DNA from: a virus
Direction: 5' to 3' (one strand)
Length of the DNA: 64,000 bases
Virus record (IMG/VR): IMGVR_UViG_3300045988_118310
Span: 1-64,000 of that record
Every line of letters starts with the position of its first letter. The stretch's first letter is position 1. This document shows, piece after piece, positions 56,594 through 64,000 of this stretch. The position numbers were made by a program, and so were the translations under genes. Below the pieces are notes generated by a model. That model did not search any database. It was not told where the DNA came from and worked only from the letters and a program-made list of their open reading frames with translations.

Positions 56594-56812
56594 TTATATT
56601 ATTATCTTATCCTCACCAAGCGTTTCGGTTTCATACGTTGCATAGACAAGCTCTGTCGGCTTGCTGTAACACATTTTCATCCAGTTAAGTTCTGCGTTAC
56701 GCAGCTCTTTTGTAGGATAGACTTCATGCCCTCTATATGTATCGCCGTACATAAAGTGTCTGACAGAGTATTCAAGATGGTAATACATTATTTTTCTCTC
56801 AGCTCCTCGCAC
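56594..56812 (-). CDS. hypothetical protein
   Basis: packed ORF. Confidence 0.3.
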   Translation of the reverse strand: MRGAERKIMYYHLEYSVRHFMYGDTYRGHEVYPTKELRNAELNWMKMCYSKPTELVYATYETETLGEDKIII

Positions 56813-56985
56813 ACTTTAGCAATGATAGCAAGACCATTACGACGAAAATCAGCATTGTAAGGATTTTGTGCCATAATATCTAGCGAATGCAACAAATTTT
56901 CTAAATCAAGGTTATACTCAACACCTGCTACATCGCAAAGCGTCTCCGTCATTTGTTTAATGTCATATTTTATAGTAATTCTCAT
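56788..56985 (-). CDS. hypothetical protein
   Basis: packed ORF. Confidence 0.3.
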   Translation of the reverse strand: MRITIKYDIKQMTETLCDVAGVEYNLDLENLLHSLDIMAQNPYNADFRRNGLAIIAKVCEELREK

Positions 56986-57000
56986 AATAAAACTCTCCTT

Positions 57001-57237
57001 TTACATCAATTTGTTAGAAATATCAAATGCTTTCCATCTGAAACCAAATTCATCCGTCCAAACCTGTGCCTCGAGTTCGTCACTATCATAATAAGCCAGA
57101 ACATTAGGAAGGTCAGAATACATTGCATGGCATTCTTTCGAATCATCCACGATATATTTCATAACTTCTTTTTCGTTTTGAAAAAACTCAGGCTCAAAAA
57201 TTTCACCTTTAGAACCACATTTGATAACACACCACAT
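57001..57237 (-). CDS. hypothetical protein
   Basis: packed ORF. Confidence 0.3.
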   Translation of the reverse strand: MWCVIKCGSKGEIFEPEFFQNEKEVMKYIVDDSKECHAMYSDLPNVLAYYDSDELEAQVWTDEFGFRWKAFDISNKLM

Positions 57238-57417
57238 AACTTATACCTTACTAAAATTTGCATTAAAAAGAATCTCATTACCATATTCAGTAAGAGTATC
57301 CTTAAACCACTTTTCGTTCTTTTTCCACCACGACTCAGCTTGTTGCGAAGTCAATACAATTCCTTTTTTCTTCGCTGCATCAATAACGTCATCGATACAC
57401 CAACGAGTTTCAGCAAA

Positions 57418-57735
57418 CTAATACTGATTTACGTCATCATCCTTTTCCTGTTCGTCTTCAATATAGTTATGGCAATAGTTGGTGTAGAAATCCACATCAA
57501 AAAGTGTGATAGTCATATCATTGCCGCTTAATTCACGTTCAACGTCAGCTACTTCTTCTCTGAGATACAGCTCAGACATAATACCGTCTTCATGTTCCTG
57601 AATCCATTTCTCTGTAATATTGAACTTTTTCGCCAGTTCATCGACCTCAAACACCCATGTGCCATAATTCGTGTTTTCAGTGCCATACTTCACCATATAA
57701 TCAGCAATCTGACGTTCCATCATATTATCATCCAT
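57418..57735 (-). CDS. hypothetical protein, paralog of 61464..61787
   Basis: shares IA.-MVK-GT-NT--G-W-F--DE--K-FN-----...ADVE..L..G....-FDVDFYT--C with the other copy. Confidence 0.4.
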   Translation of the reverse strand: MDDNMMERQIADYMVKYGTENTNYGTWVFEVDELAKKFNITEKWIQEHEDGIMSELYLREEVADVERELSGNDMTITLFDVDFYTNYCHNYIEDEQEKDDDVNQY

Positions 57736-57764
57736 GGTATTTCCCTCCTAAAATTCAACATTTA

Positions 57765-58664
57765 TCAAAAGCGCCAGCTAGTTGTAACAACCTTTTTTGC
57801 TTCGCCTTCTTCGTATTTGTTATTTTTAATAGCTTCTTCTAAACCATTACCTGCATTGTAGGCCATACCATTTTGAACAAGATCATCTCCAAGAAAACCA
57901 CCACAAGAATCAATTTCAACCCAATTGGATTCGGCGCTTTCTTCGACATCATCTTCTACAAAACCATCCTGTTCATAAAGCGTATACCCATACACTTCAC
58001 CAGTCAGATAGTTGTTATATGCCTCAACGTCAAGTTCCATATTTTTTTCAGCAATAGCTTTATTCTTTTCGTTAAAGTCAGAAAGAACAGTAACAATCCA
58101 TCCAGCGCAACTTGAATCAAACGTATCATTGTAAGGATATGTCCGATCTCCGCAGCTCATCGTGATTACGCTGTGTTCGTAAATCCAAAGAGGAAGCCAA
58201 ACCACTTTCTTTTCAAGCAATTTCATACAATCACGAATGGAAAAATCTCCTCTTGAATACTGAACAAGATCATCATAAAACAGATTTCTCCAAGAATATT
58301 CTTCTTCATTTGGAATCCAATCGTTTGACTCAAAATCATTGACGCAAATTGCCCAATAATCATTATCGTCATCCTGGTCGTGATATTGAACTGCACATGT
58401 ATCAAATAACTTTTTGTTTACAAGTGCATCAAGAACTTCCTTGTCGTCGCAATACTTCCAAACAAGGTTATTCCAAAAACTTTCCGGTGTATCTGCTTCA
58501 ATAAAGTCTCCAAGTTTATAATTCCCATAAAAGCAAGCCATAATAGAATCATGGTCATAATCACGAGGGTTACACTCTTCGCCATTGTCTGCCCAAATAT
58601 GTAAACAATAATTTATATCGTTGTCTGTCCATTTTATGGTTTCATTATCATAGCAATATAACAT
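57765..58664 (-). CDS. highly acidic hypothetical protein (299 aa)
   Basis: Asp/Glu-rich throughout; no motif recognised. Confidence 0.4.
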   Translation of the reverse strand: MLYCYDNETIKWTDNDINYCLHIWADNGEECNPRDYDHDSIMACFYGNYKLGDFIEADTPESFWNNLVWKYCDDKEVLDALVNKKLFDTCAVQYHDQDDDNDYWAICVNDFESNDWIPNEEEYSWRNLFYDDLVQYSRGDFSIRDCMKLLEKKVVWLPLWIYEHSVITMSCGDRTYPYNDTFDSSCAGWIVTVLSDFNEKNKAIAEKNMELDVEAYNNYLTGEVYGYTLYEQDGFVEDDVEESAESNWVEIDSCGGFLGDDLVQNGMAYNAGNGLEEAIKNNKYEEGEAKKVVTTSWRF

Positions 58665-58683
58665 ATTTAAAATCTCCCTTTTA

Positions 58684-58878
58684 TCAATCTTTTTCTTTCA
58701 CAAAAATCATCAGCATATTGAACTCTGGTGTGATGAAGTCAACCGTGTAGCGTCTTGCTTCTGAAATTTCAAGAAGAGAATTATTATTGTAACATTCAAT
58801 TTCTTCGCCTGAATTACAATCACAAAGCGTAAAGCTAATGTCATCCGGAATAATTGAAAGTAAAGTAAGCAGTTCCAT
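58684..58878 (-). CDS. hypothetical protein
   Basis: packed ORF. Confidence 0.3.
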   Translation of the reverse strand: MELLTLLSIIPDDISFTLCDCNSGEEIECYNNNSLLEISEARRYTVDFITPEFNMLMIFVKEKD

Positions 58879-58891
58879 ATTCCATCACCTC

Positions 58892-59164
58892 TTATGCACT
58901 AGCCTTTTCTTCAAAAGCGTACCAATCAGACCAAATCTTATCGACCTCGCCATTCTTAAAACCGTTCTTGTAATCAGTGAACTCAACATAATAGTTGCTT
59001 GTCCACTCATTCAGATAGTGTTCATAGATGGCTGCGACTCCACGCTTTGTTTCAACGACAAAACTATCAACCAGAACACCTTCAACATAAGCACCAGTGT
59101 ATTGTGCTTTATTCTGGTGCATCCAACGGCCAAGAGTACCCGCATCCAAATAAAAACGTGTCAT
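58892..59164 (-). CDS. hypothetical protein
   Basis: packed ORF. Confidence 0.3.
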   Translation of the reverse strand: MTRFYLDAGTLGRWMHQNKAQYTGAYVEGVLVDSFVVETKRGVAAIYEHYLNEWTSNYYVEFTDYKNGFKNGEVDKIWSDWYAFEEKASA

Positions 59165-59177
59165 AATTCATTCTCCT

Positions 59178-59426
59178 TTACTCTGCAATCATCATAGCAA
59201 GAACCGGCTCGCCAGAATCCTTCAATTGAAGTTCTAGAATATCACCATCATCAACGATTTCGCACTTATTAAGATAATCTTGAAGGAAGAACATCTGACA
59301 TTCTTGCCAGAAGATTTCTCTCGGGTTTTCGTTCTCATCTACAAATACATCCTTGTGATGGAAAGATCCGTTCCAAACCCAACTTTCACCATCAAAACAA
59401 GCGTGGACTTCTCTCAGATCCCACAT
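59178..59426 (-). CDS. MWDL-family small protein (copy 3)
   Basis: starts MWDLREV. Confidence 0.35.
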   Translation of the reverse strand: MWDLREVHACFDGESWVWNGSFHHKDVFVDENENPREIFWQECQMFFLQDYLNKCEIVDDGDILELQLKDSGEPVLAMMIAE

Positions 59427-59428
59427 AG

Positions 59429-59659
59429 TTAATCCTCCAAAGTTTTAGAATGTCTTAAAATAATAATTTCTTTCATTTCTTCTTTATCTCTTGCGGTAGG
59501 AAGAACAAAAAAGGAAGAATACTCTGGAAAATAAAAAGAAATACAAAAACTAAGTATCATATACATGATTGTGAAGTAATGACCTGTTTGTTTGTTCTTG
59601 AACTTTGCTCTTCCGATTTTATATTCTTCAGAGTATTCATCTTTAATTAAATCCCACAT
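59429..59659 (-). CDS. MWDL-family small protein (copy 2)
   Basis: internal start MWDLIKDEYSEEYKIGRAKF. Confidence 0.35.
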   Translation of the reverse strand: MWDLIKDEYSEEYKIGRAKFKNKQTGHYFTIMYMILSFCISFYFPEYSSFFVLPTARDKEEMKEIIILRHSKTLED

Positions 59660-59661
59660 AG

Positions 59662-59883
59662 TTAATCCTTCCAAAAGTTGAGTTTCTTTTTGATTGTCAT
59701 CTCAATTTCGTCTTTATCACCGTCAGATAGAATCTTATTATCGTACTCGGAATAGCAAAACATAACGCTACGGCCATTATATTTATACATAACCATTGCT
59801 GTTTTTAATTGTTTGTCACGAAAAAAGGTTGCACACCCAATTCCATATTTTTTAGAATATTCATTTTCAACTAGATCCCACAT
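59662..59883 (-). CDS. MWDL-family small protein (copy 1)
   Basis: MWDLVENEYSKKYGIGCATF. Confidence 0.35.
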   Translation of the reverse strand: MWDLVENEYSKKYGIGCATFFRDKQLKTAMVMYKYNGRSVMFCYSEYDNKILSDGDKDEIEMTIKKKLNFWKD

Positions 59884-59887
59884 TTTA

Positions 59888-60400
59888 TCACCTCAAAATC
59901 TCCTTGAGCATCTTTACCATACCTTCGTAATCTTTATCATCGGCACCCAGCATACGAACCGTCATATCAAAATCAACTGTCTGACAATCACTGAAATCGT
60001 ATTGTTCAATATCATTACTACAAGTGTCAGGGTAATGTTCTTCGAGCCGGTCTTTCGTACCACAGTCACAGAAGGTTCCAGAATAATAATCACTGGCCGA
60101 CTCACCTGTTTTCATATACACACGGATACCATCTGTGACAATCACTTTAGCGAACCGCTTCATATCTTCTGGCGTAAAGGTCTTATCCATAACATCATAC
60201 GAATAGACCATGTAACAAGTTTTATCAGGCTCATAAATATCCTGTTCCTTATCTGCACCAAACGCTCTAGCGTATCCACCAGCCCATCCACCACAAAACA
60301 CAAGAATTTCTTTTCCCGCTTCGATAGCTGCCATATATTCCTCTTCAGGAATCGCTACAATTCTTCCGTTAGGAAAAATAAAACCTTCAAATTCTCTCAT
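59888..60400 (-). CDS. hypothetical protein
   Basis: 170-aa ORF. Confidence 0.35.
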   Translation of the reverse strand: MREFEGFIFPNGRIVAIPEEEYMAAIEAGKEILVFCGGWAGGYARAFGADKEQDIYEPDKTCYMVYSYDVMDKTFTPEDMKRFAKVIVTDGIRVYMKTGESASDYYSGTFCDCGTKDRLEEHYPDTCSNDIEQYDFSDCQTVDFDMTVRMLGADDKDYEGMVKMLKEILR

Positions 60401-60404
60401 TTTA

Positions 60405-60614
60405 TCACTCCTCTGCGTCTTTTACCGTAACACTATCAATGTCCGTCGGATTCGGATTATCTGGTTCAATCTCACCGGCAACAAATCTATCTTTCGCAAT
60501 TTCATAAGCATCATCTTTGTTGTCTGCTTCTACAAACGTTGTGTAAGTAACTCTTGTTTCAATAGTAACGTAATAGCCGTTCATTTTACACACTCCCAAC
60601 ATTCTTGAATCCAT
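60405..60614 (-). CDS. hypothetical protein
   Basis: packed ORF. Confidence 0.3.
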   Translation of the reverse strand: MDSRMLGVCKMNGYYVTIETRVTYTTFVEADNKDDAYEIAKDRFVAGEIEPDNPNPTDIDSVTVKDAEE

Positions 60615-60858
60615 AAAGGCTATAACCTTTACATTTGAAATACCGCATCGCTTTGTTAATCTGAGAAGAGCTTGCTGTCGAATGGCTTTTTAGGTATGTA
60701 TTCTTATATTCACACAGCTTCTTATACTCATCACTTTCACGATGGGCTTTCAGCTTTTTGCAATGGTCGTGGCAACCAGGATAACGCTCCGGTGCCACGC
60801 AATAATGGCATGGATCAGTCAATTTCTGCCACCTCCCCAGCTTCATAAAAAGCAACAA
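60586..60858 (-). CDS. hypothetical Cys/His-rich protein
   Basis: CHYC...CHDHC. Confidence 0.3.
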   Translation of the reverse strand: MLLFMKLGRWQKLTDPCHYCVAPERYPGCHDHCKKLKAHRESDEYKKLCEYKNTYLKSHSTASSSQINKAMRYFKCKGYSLYGFKNVGSV

Positions 60859-60997
60859 CGTAGGATTGAGCTATTCTTTTATCCTTCCATCTATACGGAG
60901 TAATAATAACCTTGCCGCTCATCCATGTTTGTTCAACATGATACCAGCCATCAATATAAACAATCTTCATTCTTTTGTATTTCATATTCCACCTATC

Positions 60998-61285
60998 TCA
61001 TTTATTAGACTTGCACTGATATTTGCGTTCAATCATCTCTGCATCAGCGCAAGTCATACCGTAATACCAACGCACATCAACAACGGATTCAACCCAGTTT
61101 CCAGTCTTGCGGTTCTTTATGACACGAACCTCTTCAACATCTTTGTGAATCTGTGTGCCTGGCTTCGGGAGATAAGTCAAAACACTTTCTTCAGAATGTT
61201 CCAAATCGTAAGAGCCAACAAATGTGCAATCACGTTTGATCAAATCAAAAATTTTCTTGCGGTTCTGTTTAGACAGGTTTCTCAT
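60998..61285 (-). CDS. hypothetical protein
   Basis: packed ORF. Confidence 0.3.
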   Translation of the reverse strand: MRNLSKQNRKKIFDLIKRDCTFVGSYDLEHSEESVLTYLPKPGTQIHKDVEEVRVIKNRKTGNWVESVVDVRWYYGMTCADAEMIERKYQCKSNK

Positions 61286-61467
61286 ATTGCAAACTCCTTT
61301 TCTCTTGTAAACTTAATCACCAACGCATTCACGTTGGCTGCTTCAATCGTGCTTGCTCTTGCATCCTCGTGATTGCCAGCTCTGAGGAACGAAACACTCT
61401 GATCCATCAGCTTACGCCGATATGAAGAAAGAGCTGCGAGAACGATATTCTTTTCAGTGTTGGTCAT
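61282..61467 (-). CDS. hypothetical protein
   Basis: packed ORF. Confidence 0.3.
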   Translation of the reverse strand: MTNTEKNIVLAALSSYRRKLMDQSVSFLRAGNHEDARASTIEAANVNALVIKFTREKEFAI

Positions 61468-61787
61468 ACAATCTCACTCCAATTTTTATCCTCTACATTG
61501 GGACAAAATTTTGTATAAAAATCAACGTCAAAAGTTTTCACATAAAAATTAGAGCCTTCTTGTAGAGTACATTCCACATCAGCAACCGATTCGTGTTCAT
61601 AAAGTGAATCAAAAATCTCTCCACAATAGGCCGCAACAAACATTTTGCTTACGTTAAATTCTTTTGTGATTTCGTCAATATGAAAAATCCAATTGCCTTC
61701 TGTAGTATTTTTTGTACCTTCTTTGACCATCCATTCGGCAATCTGCTTCACAACTTTGCTTTCGTCCATTTTTATCACCTCAATCAA
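61464..61787 (-). CDS. hypothetical protein, paralog of 57418..57735
   Basis: see paralog. Confidence 0.4.
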   Translation of the reverse strand: MIEVIKMDESKVVKQIAEWMVKEGTKNTTEGNWIFHIDEITKEFNVSKMFVAAYCGEIFDSLYEHESVADVECTLQEGSNFYVKTFDVDFYTKFCPNVEDKNWSEIV

Positions 61788-62017
61788 AACTGAACCACTT
61801 CATGTTTGACTTTCTCCAGCATCTCTTTCTCTTGTTCTTCAAGACGCTCAACCTCATATAAAACGCTGTGAATACCATAAATAATCAATTCACGATCTCG
61901 TTCACGGTTCGCTTTGTTTTCAAGGTTGCTTTTACAACTTCCTTTGCATAATTCGATTTCTCTAAGAACAAGATTATCGATTGCGTATTTTAGAATCCGT
62001 TTATCTTTCTCAGTCAT
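61784..62017 (-). CDS. hypothetical protein
   Basis: packed ORF. Confidence 0.3.
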   Translation of the reverse strand: MTEKDKRILKYAIDNLVLREIELCKGSCKSNLENKANRERDRELIIYGIHSVLYEVERLEEQEKEMLEKVKHEVVQF

Positions 62018-62026
62018 ATTATCACC

Positions 62027-62194
62027 TCAATCTTCGTAAAATGCTTTCTTATTCTGACATTTGTAGAATGCAATTACCTCGTGAACATACTCAGGATCGT
62101 CATGAATTCGCAACGAAAATACTTCGTTTGCTTTCTTTTTGGTGCATCCAAACTCCCAGCAAAACGCTTCAATAAAATCTCTCCGAATGTTCAT
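62027..62194 (-). CDS. small ORF (55 aa, not in track)
   Basis: ATG ORF MNIRRDFIEAFCWEFGC... filling the inter-gene gap. Confidence 0.25.
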   Translation of the reverse strand: MNIRRDFIEAFCWEFGCTKKKANEVFSLRIHDDPEYVHEVIAFYKCQNKKAFYED

Positions 62195-62227
62195 TTTTTT
62201 GTTACTCCTGCTCCATCGTTACGCAAA

Positions 62228-62410
62228 TCAAAGGCTCATCAGGATATGCTTCTTCGTCAGAAAAACACACACCCTTTGACACCCCCTGACCTGAAGTTCT
62301 TTCCAGTCTCCGAATTCAGTATTGGTATACATTCCAAAAACCAATTCGGTATTTTCGTCATAGCCAAACTCTTTCAACTTCTTAATAAATTCAGAAACAG
62401 TCATAAACAA
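62228..62410 (-). CDS. hypothetical protein
   Basis: packed ORF. Confidence 0.3.
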   Translation of the reverse strand: MFMTVSEFIKKLKEFGYDENTELVFGMYTNTEFGDWKELQVRGCQRVCVFLTKKHILMSL

Positions 62411-62429
62411 ACCTCATAAAAGCATGATT

Positions 62430-62729
62430 TTAAGCCGTTTTGTAATTTGCACAGCTATTCAAAAACTGCAACACTTCATCTGGGGAGAGATACCCAGCAA
62501 CATCATCACAGGTGTCGCAGAACTTATTTGTAACCCATTCGTCGTTTTCATTCCATGCGGCCACTTCTGCTGTATTAGAACTTGCTTCTTTTGAGAAAGA
62601 GAAGTCTTTACTAAAATAGTTATCGCAGTAATTCCCAGTTCCCCACTGGACGCTTGCAGTAATACCATTTGCAAAAGTCATATTGAATCCTTTATTTGAG
62701 GTCGAATTAAACTTCTTCATACCTAACAC
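62430..62729 (-). CDS. hypothetical protein
   Basis: packed ORF. Confidence 0.3.
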   Translation of the reverse strand: MLGMKKFNSTSNKGFNMTFANGITASVQWGTGNYCDNYFSKDFSFSKEASSNTAEVAAWNENDEWVTNKFCDTCDDVAGYLSPDEVLQFLNSCANYKTA

Positions 62730-62738
62730 TCCTTTTAT

Positions 62739-62930
62739 TTACCACGTTTCATCAATTAACGTGTCGTGAATCCAGCCCAGCTTATCAATCAAGTCGGCCC
62801 TTACATAGTTGTTAAAATTAGGGTCTTCCTTAATTCTCTTGAGAAGTAAAGAGCAAATCTCATCATAATTCATCTCATATTTGAGACCGTACTTGTCGTA
62901 TAATTCGGGAATGTTATATTCTTTATCCAT
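62739..62930 (-). CDS. hypothetical protein
   Basis: packed ORF. Confidence 0.3.
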   Translation of the reverse strand: MDKEYNIPELYDKYGLKYEMNYDEICSLLLKRIKEDPNFNNYVRADLIDKLGWIHDTLIDETW

Positions 62931-62943
62931 AATGCTATCTCCT

Positions 62944-63186
62944 TTATTTCACTCTTACGCAGAAATCATCGTCGTAAAGTCCAAACGATACGATTTCTTT
63001 GCCGAGTAAATCTTTATGCTTTTCTTTTTCGTCCATAAATTCAAAGATTTTGGTTCGTGCATTATACAGACGATTCAAACTATTGTCGTTGATGATGATA
63101 TATTTGTTCCAATCATCAAACAGATTAAGCAATGTCCCCACTTTCATAGCACCATCTCCTTTATTTTCATGTGTGTATTCGTTCAT
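62944..63186 (-). CDS. hypothetical protein
   Basis: packed ORF. Confidence 0.3.
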   Translation of the reverse strand: MNEYTHENKGDGAMKVGTLLNLFDDWNKYIIINDNSLNRLYNARTKIFEFMDEKEKHKDLLGKEIVSFGLYDDDFCVRVK

Positions 63187-63247
63187 GCTTTCGCATTGGT
63201 AGCGGTTATGTCTGCCCTAGTACCGCTAATCACCTAGCATCTGCTGC

Positions 63248-63487
63248 TTATACCACCCAGACTTGACTTCTTATGTAGTCCTCAATATCTGCCGGGTATC
63301 CATTGCGCTGGATATACTGACACAGAACACGCTGCACATCTTTGTTATCACCGTAATCCATTGCAATAGAAATATCCTCGCCGTTTGTCCCAACACCCAA
63401 ACGCTCATATTTCCTGACCTCAAGATAGAAATCATGAGCACTGTAGTGTCTGCCGTCCTTACGGTCAAGAATAGAATCAATGATCAT
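63248..63487 (-). CDS. hypothetical protein
   Basis: packed ORF. Confidence 0.3.
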   Translation of the reverse strand: MIIDSILDRKDGRHYSAHDFYLEVRKYERLGVGTNGEDISIAMDYGDNKDVQRVLCQYIQRNGYPADIEDYIRSQVWVV

Positions 63488-63675
63488 TCTTCATCCTCGC
63501 TTTCCATATAACCTTCATCAACCAAAAACTGATGGAAATCCTCGTTCAAAAGCTGATTACCAAAGAAATTTGCAAACGCTCTTGCAACATCCTCACCGGA
63601 CATCTCAACCAGCACGTCCCACATCTTTTCCTGAATATCAGTCATTTTCTTCCACCTCATAATACTGAAAAACAC
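63484..63675 (-). CDS. hypothetical acidic protein
   Basis: packed ORF. Confidence 0.3.
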   Translation of the reverse strand: MFFSIMRWKKMTDIQEKMWDVLVEMSGEDVARAFANFFGNQLLNEDFHQFLVDEGYMESEDEE

Positions 63676-63877
63676 AGTCGTACATCATGTTCCCCGTAAT
63701 CTGATCCACGAATTTTGCACAATGAAAGTTCATCGTATACCCATTTTCATCACACCATTCAGAAATAATTTTTGTAGTCAACGGTGTTACAAAAACATAA
63801 AGGTCGGACATATGATGATAAATTTCTGCTTTCGGATATCCGGCATCCAAAAGTCGTTCAAGCAACGTCTTACGCAT
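63638..63877 (-). CDS. hypothetical protein
   Basis: packed ORF. Confidence 0.3.
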   Translation of the reverse strand: MRKTLLERLLDAGYPKAEIYHHMSDLYVFVTPLTTKIISEWCDENGYTMNFHCAKFVDQITGNMMYDCVFQYYEVEEND

Positions 63878-63892
63878 TTTCTTCCAGCTCCT

Positions 63893-64000
63893 TTACAGTC
63901 TCATCATCCCAATGGAATCCACGCTTTTCATAAAGCGGAATCCAATGAGATTCGTAAAAGTCGTAGCCACAACCATCAATGCCGAAAACGTACTCAAAAT
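63893..64000 (-). CDS. 3' end of a minus-strand gene continuing beyond the window
   Basis: open frame from the window edge to TAA at 63893, followed by AAGGAG and the next ATG. Confidence 0.3.
   Translation of the reverse strand: MLSTFSALMVVATTFTNLIGFRFMKSVDSIGMMRL

Noticed and set aside
1-64000. CRISPR arrays, rRNA genes, transposase/IS elements
   Set aside because: No regularly spaced direct repeats of CRISPR type, no rRNA-like conserved blocks and no transposase-like ORFs were seen.

Overview
The window is a densely packed, AT-rich (about 38% GC) stretch of what looks like a temperate phage or prophage: essentially every credible gene lies on the minus strand, the plus-strand ORFs are antisense artefacts, and the first ~110 nt are GC-richer (possible host junction). 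The left end carries a tyrosine integrase and an excisionase next to short tandem repeats (att-like). A nucleotide-metabolism block follows: FolD, a GNAT acetyltransferase, an HD hydrolase, dUTPase, the anaerobic RNR pair NrdD/NrdG, ThyX and a DUF3310-like protein, with a flotillin/SPFH gene embedded. A replication block comes next: ATP-dependent DNA ligase, a RecD-like SF1B helicase whose P-loop is split by an intein, DnaE-type Pol III alpha, phosphoesterases, a RecJ-like DHH exonuclease, a DnaG-like primase, a DnaB-like helicase, an AAA recombination ATPase and an SSB-like protein. A methyltransferase locus and a 7-tRNA array sit next to a Pnkp-like kinase-phosphatase-ligase (RNA repair). 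The right half is a long run of small accessory ORFs (a MazF-like toxin, a DUSP-like phosphatase, a SleB-like hydrolase, a second small integrase, a Bro-N antirepressor and several paralog families). The most unusual loci are the tRNA array with Pnkp-like RNA-repair module, a circularly permuted and frameshift-interrupted C5-methyltransferase, the intein-containing helicase, and a conserved ACAGGATAC intergenic motif. I could not run any searches or folding programs; all calls rest on motifs read directly from the given translations and sequence.
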